Part shown: piece after piece, positions 1 to 11,637 of the stretch | Layout: each line of letters begins with the position of its first letter | How positions within the stretch are numbered: position 1 is the first letter of the stretch | Assembly: GCA_017625675.1 (NCBI GenBank) | Contig: JAGAKK010000026.1 | Span: 32,469-96,468, forward strand | Direction: 5' to 3' | Origin: Clostridia bacterium | GTDB taxonomy: Bacteria; Bacillota; Clostridia; UBA1212 | DNA length: 64,000 nucleotides | Position numbers and translations under genes: made by a program | Notes under the pieces: generated by a model | Told to the model about the DNA's origin: nothing | What the model saw: the letters and a program-made list of their open reading frames with translations, nothing else | Database searches by the model: none

Positions 1-2
1 TT

Positions 3-332
3 TTTATCAATGATGAAGAGAGAGATGCATCAGGAAGCACGTGCTATTTTGAATTTCAAAAAGGGAAACACAAAAATAAGTTCTGGCTTAAAGATTCCAT
101 TTACATTCATGCCGCCTTATTTGACAAGCTTTTGCTTTTTCGTCTTTTTGCTGATTCTCACGGTAATTTTGACTATTATGGTCCGAAAAACATAGTGGAT
201 AAAGAGCAGTGGCATAAAATCGTTGAAAAGTCTAAAGATAATGAATACTGGCAACTTGCTGTTGACGAACTGACTCCATGGGTAGAAGAATGTTTTGAAA
301 ATTACAAATACTTTACAATTCTCGGCATCTGA
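3..332 (+). CDS. 5'-truncated ORF entering from the window edge (C-terminal fragment of at least 109 aa, hypothetical protein)
   Basis: Frame 3 is open from nt 3 to the stop at 330-332 with balanced composition (…HGNFDYYGPKNIVDKEQWHKIV…). The ORF track only shows the Met-initiated part 132..332. Convergent with the Fic gene. Confidence 0.35.
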   Translation, partial: FINDEERDASGSTCYFEFQKGKHKNKFWLKDSIYIHAALFDKLLLFRLFADSHGNFDYYGPKNIVDKEQWHKIVEKSKDNEYWQLAVDELTPWVEECFENYKYFTILGI

Positions 333-350
333 TAGTCTGATAAAAGTCTC

Positions 351-1337
351 TTACAACTTAATATATCGCTGATTCCTGCTATTTGGTTTATCAGGCAACG
401 TCATTTTAACAAGGCCCTTTTCAATTGCAGGACCTAAATAATTTTTTCGCAGTGTTTCTTTAGATTTAAGTGCCAATAAATTTAATATAGCATTTGAGGT
501 GTACGGAGTATCATATTCCATAACCGAAAGTAACTTTTTAACATATTCCGAAAGATCAGAAGAAGCTCCGGCGTTATGCAATATCTCATCCAATACCGCG
601 CTGATCTGCGTTAACATAAACTCAATAAATACGGTGCTTGCGCCATCTGTATGACATCTCGCTATTGCATTATAGTAGCCATCCTGAAACTTCTCGATTT
701 GGCTTTCGATGGGAATAAATTCAAACATCGGTTTCCACGCAGTAAGGATTGCCGTATGCCAGAGCCTTGCCATTCTTCCGTTGCCGTCAGAAAAAGGGTG
801 AATAAAAACAAATTCATAATGAAACACGGCTGCCAGAATTAAGGGATGTACTTTATCTTTTGAATTTTTCATCCAATCAAACAAATTTTGCATCTGCTCA
901 GGAACAAATCGTGCAGGCGGCGCCATAAAAATACACTTATCACCGCTAAAAACACCTTCTTCTCCTTTACGGAAGTTGCCGCTTTCATCAACAATATATT
1001 TAGTCATAATGCCGTGCAAACGCCTGAAATCATCTAAATTGTAAATATCAAACTTTCCGATTTCCTCATAGGCTGCATAAGCATTTTTGACCTCCTGGAT
1101 TTCCTTATGCTTACCAATAACGGTACGACCATATATAACGTCTTTTACCTCATCAAAAGACAAAGAATTTGCTTCTATTTTAAGAGAGGAATGAATAGAT
1201 TTAATTTTGTTATTTTTGCGTAAATGTGGCTTTGAGTCCAAATTAGTACGCTCAGTGATTTTACCGATTTTTTCTGAGATCTCGGCCACCAACAACAATA
1301 TTTTGTCAGTTATTTGATATGGCGGTATATATGACAT
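351..1337 (-). CDS. Fic/DOC family protein (putative AMPylase/adenylyltransferase)
   Basis: 328 aa carrying the canonical Fic motif HPFxxGNGR (…IHPFSDGNGRMARLW…). Confidence 0.85.
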   Translation of the reverse strand: MSYIPPYQITDKILLLVAEISEKIGKITERTNLDSKPHLRKNNKIKSIHSSLKIEANSLSFDEVKDVIYGRTVIGKHKEIQEVKNAYAAYEEIGKFDIYNLDDFRRLHGIMTKYIVDESGNFRKGEEGVFSGDKCIFMAPPARFVPEQMQNLFDWMKNSKDKVHPLILAAVFHYEFVFIHPFSDGNGRMARLWHTAILTAWKPMFEFIPIESQIEKFQDGYYNAIARCHTDGASTVFIEFMLTQISAVLDEILHNAGASSDLSEYVKKLLSVMEYDTPYTSNAILNLLALKSKETLRKNYLGPAIEKGLVKMTLPDKPNSRNQRYIKL

Positions 1338-1522
1338 TCTGACACCTCCGACTTGCTTATTATCTTGCTTATTATCTTACCACAAAACAATAATTTTATC
1401 AAGATATTTATTTTTTATCAAATTACAAAAACAGGGCAACACCACCTGATGCTGCCCTGTTAAAAATTACAATATCATCACTGTTTTATACTGTTTGTAA
1501 TATGAAAGGTCCTTAAAAAGCA

Positions 1523-2563
1523 TCAGAGCAACCTGATGCCCGCCTTTTCGCAAGCCTTTACGGTTTCGTCATCCCAGATACTTGACTGTACCTCGCCAAT
1601 GTGCGCGCACCCCATCATAAGCATACAAAGTCTTGACTGACCTATACCGCCTCCGATTGTAAGGGGCAATTCATTGTTAAGGAGCATCTTGTGGAAAGGC
1701 AGCTCCCTTCTGTTATCGCACCCTGAAAGTGTCAACTGTCTGTCAAGAGCCTCCGCATCTACACGGATACCCATTGACGATATTTCAATGGCTCTTCCCA
1801 GCACGTCATTCCAGAAAAATATGTCACCGTTAAGAGTCCAGTCGTCATAGTCAGGAGCTCTGCCGTCGTGCTTCTTTCCGGAGCGAAGCTTTCCGCCGAT
1901 CTGCATTATAAAAGCAGTCTTGTGAGTCTTCACAAACTCGTTCTCTCTCTCAGAGCCTGTGAGCTCAGGATACATATCCTCAAGCTCCTGAGTAGTAACG
2001 AAGGTAACGTTTCTGTCAAGCTCTACGCGAAGTTGGGGAAATCTTACGTGAAGTCTGTCATTCGTATTGCAAATAGCATTGACGATAGACGTAACGATAA
2101 GCTTCAGATACTCTACTGTACGTGTCTCTGCGGTAATGACCTTCTCCCAGTCCCACTGGTCCACGTAAATGGAGTGGAGATTATCAAGCTCTTCCTCTCT
2201 TCTTATGGCATTCATATCCGTGTAAAGGCCGCCACCTACCCCGAAATTGTATCTCTTCAGCGCAAGTCTTTTCCACTTGGCAAGGGAGTGTACAACCTGA
2301 GCGTCAGCGCCGATAGCAGGAACGCTGAAGGATACCGGCTTTTCGTGGCCGTTAAGATTATCATTAAGGCCCGAAGCCTCCGTTACAAACAAGGGAGCTG
2401 AAACTCTTTTTAAATTCAGAGCATTGGCAAATTCAGACTGAAAAGTCTGTCTTATGTATGAAATGGCCCTTTGTGTGTCATATTCATCTAAAATCGGTTT
2501 ATATCCTTCGGGTATGTATATCTTGTTCATCGGTAACACCGTTTCCTTTCCTTCCTGCATCAA
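1523..2563 (-). CDS. asnA: aspartate--ammonia ligase (asparagine synthetase A)
   Basis: 346 aa with strong AsnA signature blocks (HSLAKWKR, YVDQWDWE, GIRVD, TIGGGIGQSRL). Confidence 0.9.
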   Translation of the reverse strand: MMQEGKETVLPMNKIYIPEGYKPILDEYDTQRAISYIRQTFQSEFANALNLKRVSAPLFVTEASGLNDNLNGHEKPVSFSVPAIGADAQVVHSLAKWKRLALKRYNFGVGGGLYTDMNAIRREEELDNLHSIYVDQWDWEKVITAETRTVEYLKLIVTSIVNAICNTNDRLHVRFPQLRVELDRNVTFVTTQELEDMYPELTGSERENEFVKTHKTAFIMQIGGKLRSGKKHDGRAPDYDDWTLNGDIFFWNDVLGRAIEISSMGIRVDAEALDRQLTLSGCDNRRELPFHKMLLNNELPLTIGGGIGQSRLCMLMMGCAHIGEVQSSIWDDETVKACEKAGIRLL

Positions 2564-2630
2564 GGGGAAGTTTTTACTTCAATAACATCTTCTATTAGAC
2601 AACAAAACATCTGCAAAATCAAGTATTTTT

Positions 2631-3326
2631 TCAAAAATGCTCGCTCATTATTTCCTTTACCGCCGGTAACGTCATATCCCGCCTTGCATTGATAAGTTTT
2701 TCGATAAGATCGGTATTTCTGTAAGCTTCGTCAATCCCGTCATTGTGGCTGAAGCCTTTAATAACTTCAAGAGTAGCCTTTCCCCCTGCTGCATTAACGG
2801 CGTTTACCATAAGCTCCGAATACATAACAGGCACCAGAGGATCAATCTCGCCGTGATAGGCGTAAACAGGTGTGTTTATAAGGTTCGGGCATCTCCAGGC
2901 CATACCGCCGCCTGCTACGGGAGCTGACGCCGCAAAGAAATTAGGGTACGTAAGCGATACCATCCACGTGCCAAAACCGCCCATGCTGGAGCCGGTAATT
3001 GAAATCCGGTCACTCTTTATATGAAACTCCCCGGCAACGCTGTCAATAACAGACTTTACCTCCTCAGGAACGTTGTCCCATACGAGATGGGCAGGGCATT
3101 GGGGGCATACAAAAACCGCTTCGTACTCCCGTCCCTCTTCGATAAGCTTAGGAATTGCGTGTCTGAAAAGGTGCGAACTGTCATCGCCTCTTTCTCCTGC
3201 ACCGTGTAAATATGTAATGAGGGGCAAATCTCCGCATTCGTCAGGAGTTCTTCCCTCAGGATAAAAAACAATATAATTCATTCGGGAAAAGCTTCCCTTT
3301 GGATATAATTTTTTGTTCATAATCAA
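2631..3326 (-). CDS. alpha/beta hydrolase (esterase/dienelactone-hydrolase-like)
   Basis: 231 aa. Nucleophile elbow GSSMGG, an HGxxD-like motif (YLHGAGERGDD) and an alpha/beta fold pattern. Confidence 0.65.
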   Translation of the reverse strand: MIMNKKLYPKGSFSRMNYIVFYPEGRTPDECGDLPLITYLHGAGERGDDSSHLFRHAIPKLIEEGREYEAVFVCPQCPAHLVWDNVPEEVKSVIDSVAGEFHIKSDRISITGSSMGGFGTWMVSLTYPNFFAASAPVAGGGMAWRCPNLINTPVYAYHGEIDPLVPVMYSELMVNAVNAAGGKATLEVIKGFSHNDGIDEAYRNTDLIEKLINARRDMTLPAVKEIMSEHF

Positions 3327-3347
3327 CCCCTCCGCCTTGGAATTATA

Positions 3348-3749
3348 TCACAACAGATTTCGGAGTGTCAATTTATCTTTCCCTGCCATCATATCAAGAA
3401 GGCACTTTATTTTCGCGCCGCTTCTTTCTGCAACCTCCCTGTCCCCCTGAATTATCGCCGCAGAAAACTCCTCTATTTCAAGCTCCACGCCGTTGACGTC
3501 ATCATGATTTAAAAACAACACCAGCTCGTGACTGTGTTTTTGCCATATATCTTTAAGCTCTGAAACTGCCGCCTCACCATTGGCGTCATCTGCATCAAGG
3601 CTTCTGTCTACAGCGCCGGACACCGCCTTTTGGGTGTTCTTTATGGAACTGCTTGTGCCAATGCAAAAAAGTATCATTGCCAACGGAATAAAAATAATCG
3701 CCGAAATAAAAATTTTAGTATGTCTGTCGTATTTTGTCATATTTGTCAC
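3348..3749 (-). CDS. DUF4363-like small membrane-anchored protein
   Basis: 133 aa with an N-terminal TM helix then an acidic soluble domain. 4-nt overlap with the upstream DUF421 gene, the usual pairing in Clostridia. Confidence 0.5.
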   Translation of the reverse strand: MTNMTKYDRHTKIFISAIIFIPLAMILFCIGTSSSIKNTQKAVSGAVDRSLDADDANGEAAVSELKDIWQKHSHELVLFLNHDDVNGVELEIEEFSAAIIQGDREVAERSGAKIKCLLDMMAGKDKLTLRNLL

Positions 3750-4432
3750 CTCTTGCCGCCATCCGTGTCACCTTTAAGCTGGAGCACGAAAGAACCGTCT
3801 GATTTTACGCCTGCGTATAAAATATCCTGCAAGGACCTTCCCCCCGCTTTGCGAACCTCACGCAAAATATCACCGCCGTCAACCTTGAGAAAAGAAAGAT
3901 TGTCCTCAATTACCTTGCCGCATATCACAACGTCAGTTACAAGTGGCTCCTCCCCCTCTATCTTGAGGTCCTCACGAACCAAAGGAGACTGAGCGCCGGT
4001 AGGAATAACGCTAAGCTCACCGTTGGTCTCAAGCCGCGCCTCCTTTACCGTAGATATATCAGAAAAGCCTTTCAGCCTCAGGGCTTCCGCAAGGTCACTT
4101 ACCGTGTACATCTCCCCCGACAGCACCTTTTCCTGAATGATTCCGTCACGAACTACCACCTTTGACTTTCCGCAAAAAAGGCTTCTTATCCTTCCGTTTT
4201 TAAATATAAGGTAGGACAATATTATCTGGACGAAAACCAAAGACAAAATAGGTATCACCCCATTTAAAAGAGGCACCGAGCTGTCCTCCATGGGAAGCGC
4301 CGCAAGGTCCGCAATCATAAGGGCAATAACCACCTCGTAGGGCTGGAGCTGTCCTATCTGCCGCTTTCCCATGCACCGCATACTTATCACGACAATAATA
4401 TACGTCAATATCGTTCTGAAAAAACTTATCAA
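3746..4432 (-). CDS. DUF421 (YetF-like) membrane protein
   Basis: 228 aa with N-terminal TM segments followed by a YetF-like soluble C-domain. Confidence 0.6.
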   Translation of the reverse strand: MISFFRTILTYIIVVISMRCMGKRQIGQLQPYEVVIALMIADLAALPMEDSSVPLLNGVIPILSLVFVQIILSYLIFKNGRIRSLFCGKSKVVVRDGIIQEKVLSGEMYTVSDLAEALRLKGFSDISTVKEARLETNGELSVIPTGAQSPLVREDLKIEGEEPLVTDVVICGKVIEDNLSFLKVDGGDILREVRKAGGRSLQDILYAGVKSDGSFVLQLKGDTDGGKR

Positions 4433-4501
4433 AAAAATGCCTCCCTATACACGATAATGCAATTCGCCTTTTCGCATATAGTTTGGCATTATATTTTAAA
4501 A

Positions 4502-6592
<2,091 letters not shown>

Positions 6593-6646
6593 TCAATAAA
6601 ATCACTGCTTCAATTATACCCTTTTCAAAACAAAAATGCAACAAGA

Positions 6647-6758
6647 ACCACAGCGTCTGACGCCGTGGTCCGCCACCGAAGTGCCACCACTTTTTTGGAA
6701 AACCCTTTCCCTGAAAGGGTTTGCGGCCAATGAGTCAGGGGGCAGGTCCCTGACTCAT
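6647..6758. repeat. modular intergenic hairpin repeat (family 3), copy 1
   Basis: Three hairpins in series: ACCACAGCGTC-TGA-CGCCGTGGT, AAACCCTTTCC-CTG-AAAGGGTTT and ATGAGTCAGGG-GGCAGGT-CCCTGACTCAT. The same modules recur at 17782-17826 and 59778-59976. Confidence 0.7.
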
Positions 6759-7714
6759 ATGAAAAATTCGTTGATTTCATTGATGTTGACGCCGCGGTGC
6801 AAAGTCATATTGACTGCGTCCGCAATTACTCTTGATAGCCGTTCGATTGCCGCGTCAACGTTTTTAGGCGTGACAATCATGTTGTCAAACATCTCCGTGC
6901 TGAGCTCGCTTCTGATATCCTCCGGCTCGCACTTTATCCCCTGAGCTTTTATCATCACGTCGCAAGTGAGGGTAATTGCGTCCACCACCGTTGGAACCCC
7001 GATAGCCACCACCGGTATGCCCAGGGTGTCCCTTGAAATTTCAAACCGTCTGTTGCCCACGCCTGAGCCGGGCACAATGCCTGTGTCGGTAAGCTGGAAA
7101 ACCCGGTTTACTCGCGAAGTGCGCCTTGCCGCCAATGCATCCACTACTATAACTCCGCAGGCACCGGTAAGCTTTGCAAGGCCTTTTATGACCTCAGCGC
7201 TCTCAATGCCTGTAATACCCATTACTCCCGCAGAAAAAGTGCACACGTCCCCCATGCCCCTGAACAGCTCACGGGCCGCCTTGTCGTCCCGCTTCTTTAT
7301 ATGATGGGTTGCCAGTATTTTTTCGGCAACACAAGTGCCCAGAGAATCCGGTGTAACGTAACGATTTCCCAGACCAATCACCAGGACAGGCCCTTTTTCG
7401 AGGTTAAAATTTTCTACAAAAATTTTTAATTGCGCGGAAAGCTCCTCAGATAGAAGCATCTGCTGTCTGTAAGTATTTATTTCTCCGCCCTTGACTTCTA
7501 CTGTAACGTAGGTACCTCTTCGTTTGCCTAAGGCTTTCTGGGCCTTGTCGCTTTCTATGCAGATAGAGGTAACATCTGCAAAATCCTTGTGCTCTGAGGA
7601 AATTCTTACTCCATCACTGTCAGAGGAAGCCATTGCCCTTCTGAGGTAGTTGTGGACACTTCCGCCCCCTACGTACTCCGCCGCCTCTAATGCCAAATCG
7701 GTAATTGCCGTCAT
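6755..7714 (-). CDS. gpr: germination protease (spore protease GPR)
   Basis: 319 aa colinear with B. subtilis GPR (LVIGLGNRYVTPDSLG, GVMGITGIE, IVVDALAAR, GSGVGNRR, GIPVVAIGVPTVVDA). Confidence 0.85.
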   Translation of the reverse strand: MTAITDLALEAAEYVGGGSVHNYLRRAMASSDSDGVRISSEHKDFADVTSICIESDKAQKALGKRRGTYVTVEVKGGEINTYRQQMLLSEELSAQLKIFVENFNLEKGPVLVIGLGNRYVTPDSLGTCVAEKILATHHIKKRDDKAARELFRGMGDVCTFSAGVMGITGIESAEVIKGLAKLTGACGVIVVDALAARRTSRVNRVFQLTDTGIVPGSGVGNRRFEISRDTLGIPVVAIGVPTVVDAITLTCDVMIKAQGIKCEPEDIRSELSTEMFDNMIVTPKNVDAAIERLSRVIADAVNMTLHRGVNINEINEFFI

Positions 7715-7867
7715 AAAAACCGCCCTTTCTTACGGAAAAATCCGTTTTCTGTATTGTGCCCTTTTAAAGCCTTTTTTACACAGTTTTCACAACAAAAAAG
7801 ACCGCTTGCACAAATGCAAACGGTCAAATTCACGGTAATCGATATAATATAATAAAATTAATTCGAA

Positions 7868-8128
7868 TTACTGAGCAGCCTTCATAGCCTTAACGAGTCT
7901 GGACTTCTTACGAGCGGCGGTATTCTTGTGCACAAGACCCTGTGACACTGCTTTATCAAGCTTAACGCTTGCAGCCTTTACTGCCTCTTCCTTATTCTCG
8001 CTACCAGTCTCAATAGCAACGTGAGCCTTCTTAATGCTTGTTCTCAATGCTGATCTCTTCGCAGCATTCATCTCGTTTCTCTTCTCAGAAGTGATAACTC
8101 TCTTCTTCGCTGACTTAATGTTCGGCAC
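7868..8128 (-). CDS. rpsT: 30S ribosomal protein S20
   Basis: [10 protein letters not shown]… is the canonical S20 N-terminus. The likely start is a GTG about 9 codons inside the ORF-track ORF 7868..8155. K/A-rich, about 86 aa. Confidence 0.8.
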   Translation of the reverse strand: MPNIKSAKKRVITSEKRNEMNAAKRSALRTSIKKAHVAIETGSENKEEAVKAASVKLDKAVSQGLVHKNTAARKKSRLVKAMKAAQ

Positions 8129-8345
8129 ACCATTCACCTCCCGCGTGTATTTCATGTCTTCAAACAGACGAAAACTATCTTACCACATTGCAAACAATTC
8201 TGCAAGTGTTTTTTTTATTTTATCGAAAAATTTTTAAACTTTTCACGTCAAAGCCTTACACTTCAGTGTGAAAATCCGAAAAATAATCAGGCGGTGCAGG
8301 ATAAAGCCTCCATCGCCTGTGATTTACGTATGGATGTTTACTCTA

Positions 8346-8651
8346 TCAGTCGTTTACAACAACGTCTTTAACAGCCTCTTTAAGATTTCTGCCTGCTTTA
8401 AAAGAAGGAACATTGCTCTTTCCAATGGCAAGAGGCTCTTTCTTTCCTGCCTTAGCTGCTGCAGGATTTACACCGATTCTTGCAGCTCTGGATCTTACTG
8501 AAAATGCGCCAAAACCAACCAGGGAAACCTTATCGCCCTCTACGAGAGCTTCTGTGATAGTATCAAGAACTGTATCCAAAAAAGCCAATGTGTCTTTCTT
8601 AGTCATTCCTGTCTTTTCTGCAACTGCTGCAACCAATTCATTCTTTTTCAT
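8346..8651 (-). CDS. hup: HU family DNA-binding protein
   Basis: 101 aa. MKKNELVAAVAEKTGMTKKD…GFGAF.VR.RAAR.G.NP is the HU/IHF fold signature, with a short insertion before the arm. Confidence 0.85.
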   Translation of the reverse strand: MKKNELVAAVAEKTGMTKKDTLAFLDTVLDTITEALVEGDKVSLVGFGAFSVRSRAARIGVNPAAAKAGKKEPLAIGKSNVPSFKAGRNLKEAVKDVVVND

Positions 8652-8796
8652 AATCTAAACCTCCGTCACATTCCGTGTTATAATTATTCTTAAAACTTCC
8701 TATGACATTATACTTATTTAAACCCTTATAGTCAACCTTATTCAGCAAACTTTTTTGGAAATTTTTAGAAATTTTTGTCGTTTTTGGTAATTTTGC

Positions 8797-8828
8797 ATAA
8801 AAAAAGGGGAAAGGCATGACCTTTCCCC
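8797..8828 (-). terminator. rho-independent terminator after ispH/rpsA
   Basis: Minus-strand GGGGAAAGG-ucaug-CCUUUCCCC followed by U8. Perfect 9-bp GC-rich stem. Confidence 0.75.
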
Positions 8829-8861
8829 AATTACCTCAATCAAATTCAATTATGAATTAAA

Positions 8862-11039
8862 TTATTCCTCGGAAGACTCGAAGTTAAGAACAACGTCACC
8901 GAGAAGATCTGCGATAGATGTGTCAGATGTAACAACATCATCCTTGAACTCTTCCTCTTTAGCCTTCTTAGCTGCGCGCTCTTTCTTCTCTGCAGCTCTC
9001 TCAGCTCTTTCCTTCTTCTCCTTAGCTGCTGCCTCAGCTGCTGCAATCTCTTCCTCTGTAGGCTCGGGATCGTAGGGCTGAACTTCCTTAATGCTAAGGC
9101 TGATCTTTCTGTTCTCAATATCAGTAGCAACGATCTTCGCCATTACCTTCTGGCCAATCTTGAGGCAAGCAGAAGCAGACTCAATGCGCTTTCTGGAAAT
9201 CTGAGAAATATGTACAAGACCTGTAACGCCTTCAGCGATCTCTACGAATACACCATACTTAACGAAACGAGCAACTGTTACTTCGATAACGTCGCCAACC
9301 TGGTAAAGGTTCTCAGCGTCATACCAAGGATTCTCCTCAGCCTTTCTGTAGCCGAGAGAAATACGATTCTTCTCTCTGTCGAAAGAAAGAACAGTAACTT
9401 CAATTTCCTGACCAAGCTCAAGAACGTCCTGAGGATTCTTAATTCTTCTCCAAGACATCTCTGTAATGTGAACAAGGCCCTCATATCCGGGAGCAAGCTC
9501 TACGAAAGCACCGAAAGGAACAAATGACTTAACTGTACCTGTGCAGATCTTTCCTTCGTAAATATCTCCCCAGAAAGCATCGTCTCTCTCTTTCTTTCCT
9601 GCTTCAAGAAGAACTCTTGCGGAAGCGCTGATTCTGCATCTTCCCTTCTGTCCCTTCTCGAAAGAAGTTACGAGAACTTCAAGCTCTTTTCCTACGAATG
9701 TTTCAAGATCCTTAACGAATCTGGTAGAAAGCTGTGATGCAGGAACAAAGATTCTTGCTGTGCCGTACTGAGCAGCAACGCCGCCCTTAAGAGCTGCAGC
9801 AACTTTTACAGTGATAGGAGTCTTATTCTCAAAAGCTTCCTCAACTGTACGAAGATCTCTTCTCTGATCTACGCTCTTCTTAGAAAGTGTAGCCTCGCCG
9901 TCCTTGTCGCTTACTCTTACAACGATAGCCTCAACCAAATCTCCAACCTTAATATCAACCTGTTCACCGGGTGCCGCAAATTCCTCTATGGCAATGCTGC
10001 CCTCATACTTAAAGCCCAAGTCAACATATACGCGGGAAGAGTCGATCTTGATAACGGGCTTCTTAATAATATCACCTGTTCTTACAGTAGTGATTCCGCC
10101 CTCTGACTCCAACAACGCGCTGAAGGATTCGTCGGAAGCAGCTGCCGCACCCTCTTCTACGTTTACTGCCTCGATCACTTCATTTTCATTCTTAACTTCG
10201 CTCATACTTACTAAAACCTCCTTGATGATCCAATCCGGAGTAGATGCTCCGGCTGTCACACCGACTTTCAAAAATTTATTAATATACGCTAAATCAATTT
10301 CAGCTGCCTGTTCAACAAGTAGAACATTCTTGCACAGCTCGCTGCTAATTTCAAAAAGCTTCAGCGTGTTTGAACTGTTTCTTCCGCCTACCACGATCAT
10401 GAGGTCTACCGTGGCGGCAATTTCCCTAGTTTCACATTGCCTATATGATGTCGCATTACATATAGTATCATAAAATTCAATTTCGTCAAGTAAATTTCTG
10501 AAATATTTTTTAATTTTATCATAATTTTTTGCATTAAACGTGGTTTGAGACACCATACAATAGCTTCCGGAGTCAAAATTCAGGTTTTTACACTCTTCAA
10601 GGCTTGCTACTATAATGGCGCTGTCCTCACACCATCCGTTGATTCCAATGACCTCAGGATGATTTTTGTCGCCTACAATAATGATTTTTTTACCTGCATT
10701 GTACTCTTTCTCAACAAGCTTTTGTATCTTTGTGACAAAGGGGCAGGTGGCGTCAATTACCGTTACTCCCTTCTCGTTCAGAAGCTCAAAAACCTTCTTG
10801 CTGACACCGTGGGCTCTTATAATCACGCAGGCGTTGTCCTCTTTTACATCATCTATGGAATCAGCCACGAAAATCCCTTTTTCTTCCAGTTTTTCAATAA
10901 CCGAAGCATTGTGAATAAGAGGGCCGTATGTATAGATTTTCTTTTCGCCGTTGTACTTTTCTGCAGTTTCAAAAGCCTTGCACACTGCGTTATTTACACC
11001 AAAGCAAAAACCGGCGCTCTTAGCCTTTATTATTTCCAT
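8862..11039 (-). CDS. ispH: bifunctional 4-hydroxy-3-methylbut-2-enyl diphosphate reductase / ribosomal protein S1 fusion
   Basis: 725 aa. The N-terminal ~280 aa are IspH/LytB (AKSAGFCFGVNNAV). Then four S1 RNA-binding repeats and a Lys/Glu-rich tail. This fusion is typical of Clostridia. Confidence 0.9.
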   Translation of the reverse strand: MEIIKAKSAGFCFGVNNAVCKAFETAEKYNGEKKIYTYGPLIHNASVIEKLEEKGIFVADSIDDVKEDNACVIIRAHGVSKKVFELLNEKGVTVIDATCPFVTKIQKLVEKEYNAGKKIIIVGDKNHPEVIGINGWCEDSAIIVASLEECKNLNFDSGSYCMVSQTTFNAKNYDKIKKYFRNLLDEIEFYDTICNATSYRQCETREIAATVDLMIVVGGRNSSNTLKLFEISSELCKNVLLVEQAAEIDLAYINKFLKVGVTAGASTPDWIIKEVLVSMSEVKNENEVIEAVNVEEGAAAASDESFSALLESEGGITTVRTGDIIKKPVIKIDSSRVYVDLGFKYEGSIAIEEFAAPGEQVDIKVGDLVEAIVVRVSDKDGEATLSKKSVDQRRDLRTVEEAFENKTPITVKVAAALKGGVAAQYGTARIFVPASQLSTRFVKDLETFVGKELEVLVTSFEKGQKGRCRISASARVLLEAGKKERDDAFWGDIYEGKICTGTVKSFVPFGAFVELAPGYEGLVHITEMSWRRIKNPQDVLELGQEIEVTVLSFDREKNRISLGYRKAEENPWYDAENLYQVGDVIEVTVARFVKYGVFVEIAEGVTGLVHISQISRKRIESASACLKIGQKVMAKIVATDIENRKISLSIKEVQPYDPEPTEEEIAAAEAAAKEKKERAERAAEKKERAAKKAKEEEFKDDVVTSDTSIADLLGDVVLNFESSEE

Positions 11040-11637
11040 TGCCGTCCTCCGTCATCATGGCGTAAATATCGTCAACCAGCTTCTGTGAAATCTCTGTGTA
11101 TTCAGCCTTGGTGTAAGGTGTTCCGTCTGCTTTTTTCTCAATCATAAAAGGTTTGCCGTATTTCACGTAAGCCTTGCCGAAAATCCTGAATTTTCCGTAA
11201 AGCGCCACAGGAACAATGGGCACTCCTGCCTCTACCGCAAACTTCGCTACACCGTGACGTGCCTTAACGGGATTTGCAGGATCCTTTGAACGTGTCCCCT
11301 GAGGGAAAATACCCAATATTTCGCCGCCTTTAAGAAGCTCAAACACAGTCTTTGCAGCATTTATATCCACAGCGCCTCTCTTTACGGGGAAGGCACCCAG
11401 CTTCTTCAGAAACCAGCCAACCAATTTGTTTTTAAAAAGCTCAGCCTTTGCCATCCAGCGAACACGTCTTTTAAGCTTATACTCCACGTATATCACGTCG
11501 AGGGCAGAATTGTGATTCGCCGCCATAATGAAGCCGCCCTTTTCGGGAATGTTCTCAAGGCCGGAAACCTTTACCCTGACAAAGGTACAAAGTATAAACT
11601 TTACGATGACTCTCGCTATCTCCTCGATAACTCTCAT
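11020..11637 (-). CDS. plsC: 1-acyl-sn-glycerol-3-phosphate acyltransferase
   Basis: 205 aa with the HxxxxD motif (ANHNSALD) and the FPQGTRS acyltransferase motif. Confidence 0.85.
   Translation of the reverse strand: MRVIEEIARVIVKFILCTFVRVKVSGLENIPEKGGFIMAANHNSALDVIYVEYKLKRRVRWMAKAELFKNKLVGWFLKKLGAFPVKRGAVDINAAKTVFELLKGGEILGIFPQGTRSKDPANPVKARHGVAKFAVEAGVPIVPVALYGKFRIFGKAYVKYGKPFMIEKKADGTPYTKAEYTEISQKLVDDIYAMMTEDGNGNNKG

Noticed and set aside
10-195. 61-aa plus-strand ORF at the window start
   Set aside because: It is out of frame with the longer edge-entering ORF (frame 3, nt 3-332) and hydrophobic low-complexity. Probably spurious.
1868-2401. Numerous long antisense or alternative-frame ORFs inside confident genes (e.g. 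1868..2401 in asnA; 28189..29187 and 29945..30658 opposite GH53 and the 601-aa gene; 9904..10473, 10545..11147 in ispH/rpsA; 36232..36774 in malQ; 45185..45772 in the BMP gene; 57948..58661 in the acyl-CoA ligase)
   Set aside because: They overlap strongly supported CDSs on the other strand, lack RBSs and have biased low-complexity composition typical of shadow ORFs.
8846-9130. 94-aa Arg/Lys-rich ORF overlapping the 3' end of ispH/rpsA in another frame
   Set aside because: It is a frame-shifted reading of the KE-rich S1 tail codons (GAA/AAG repeats read as R/K) and has no independent signals.
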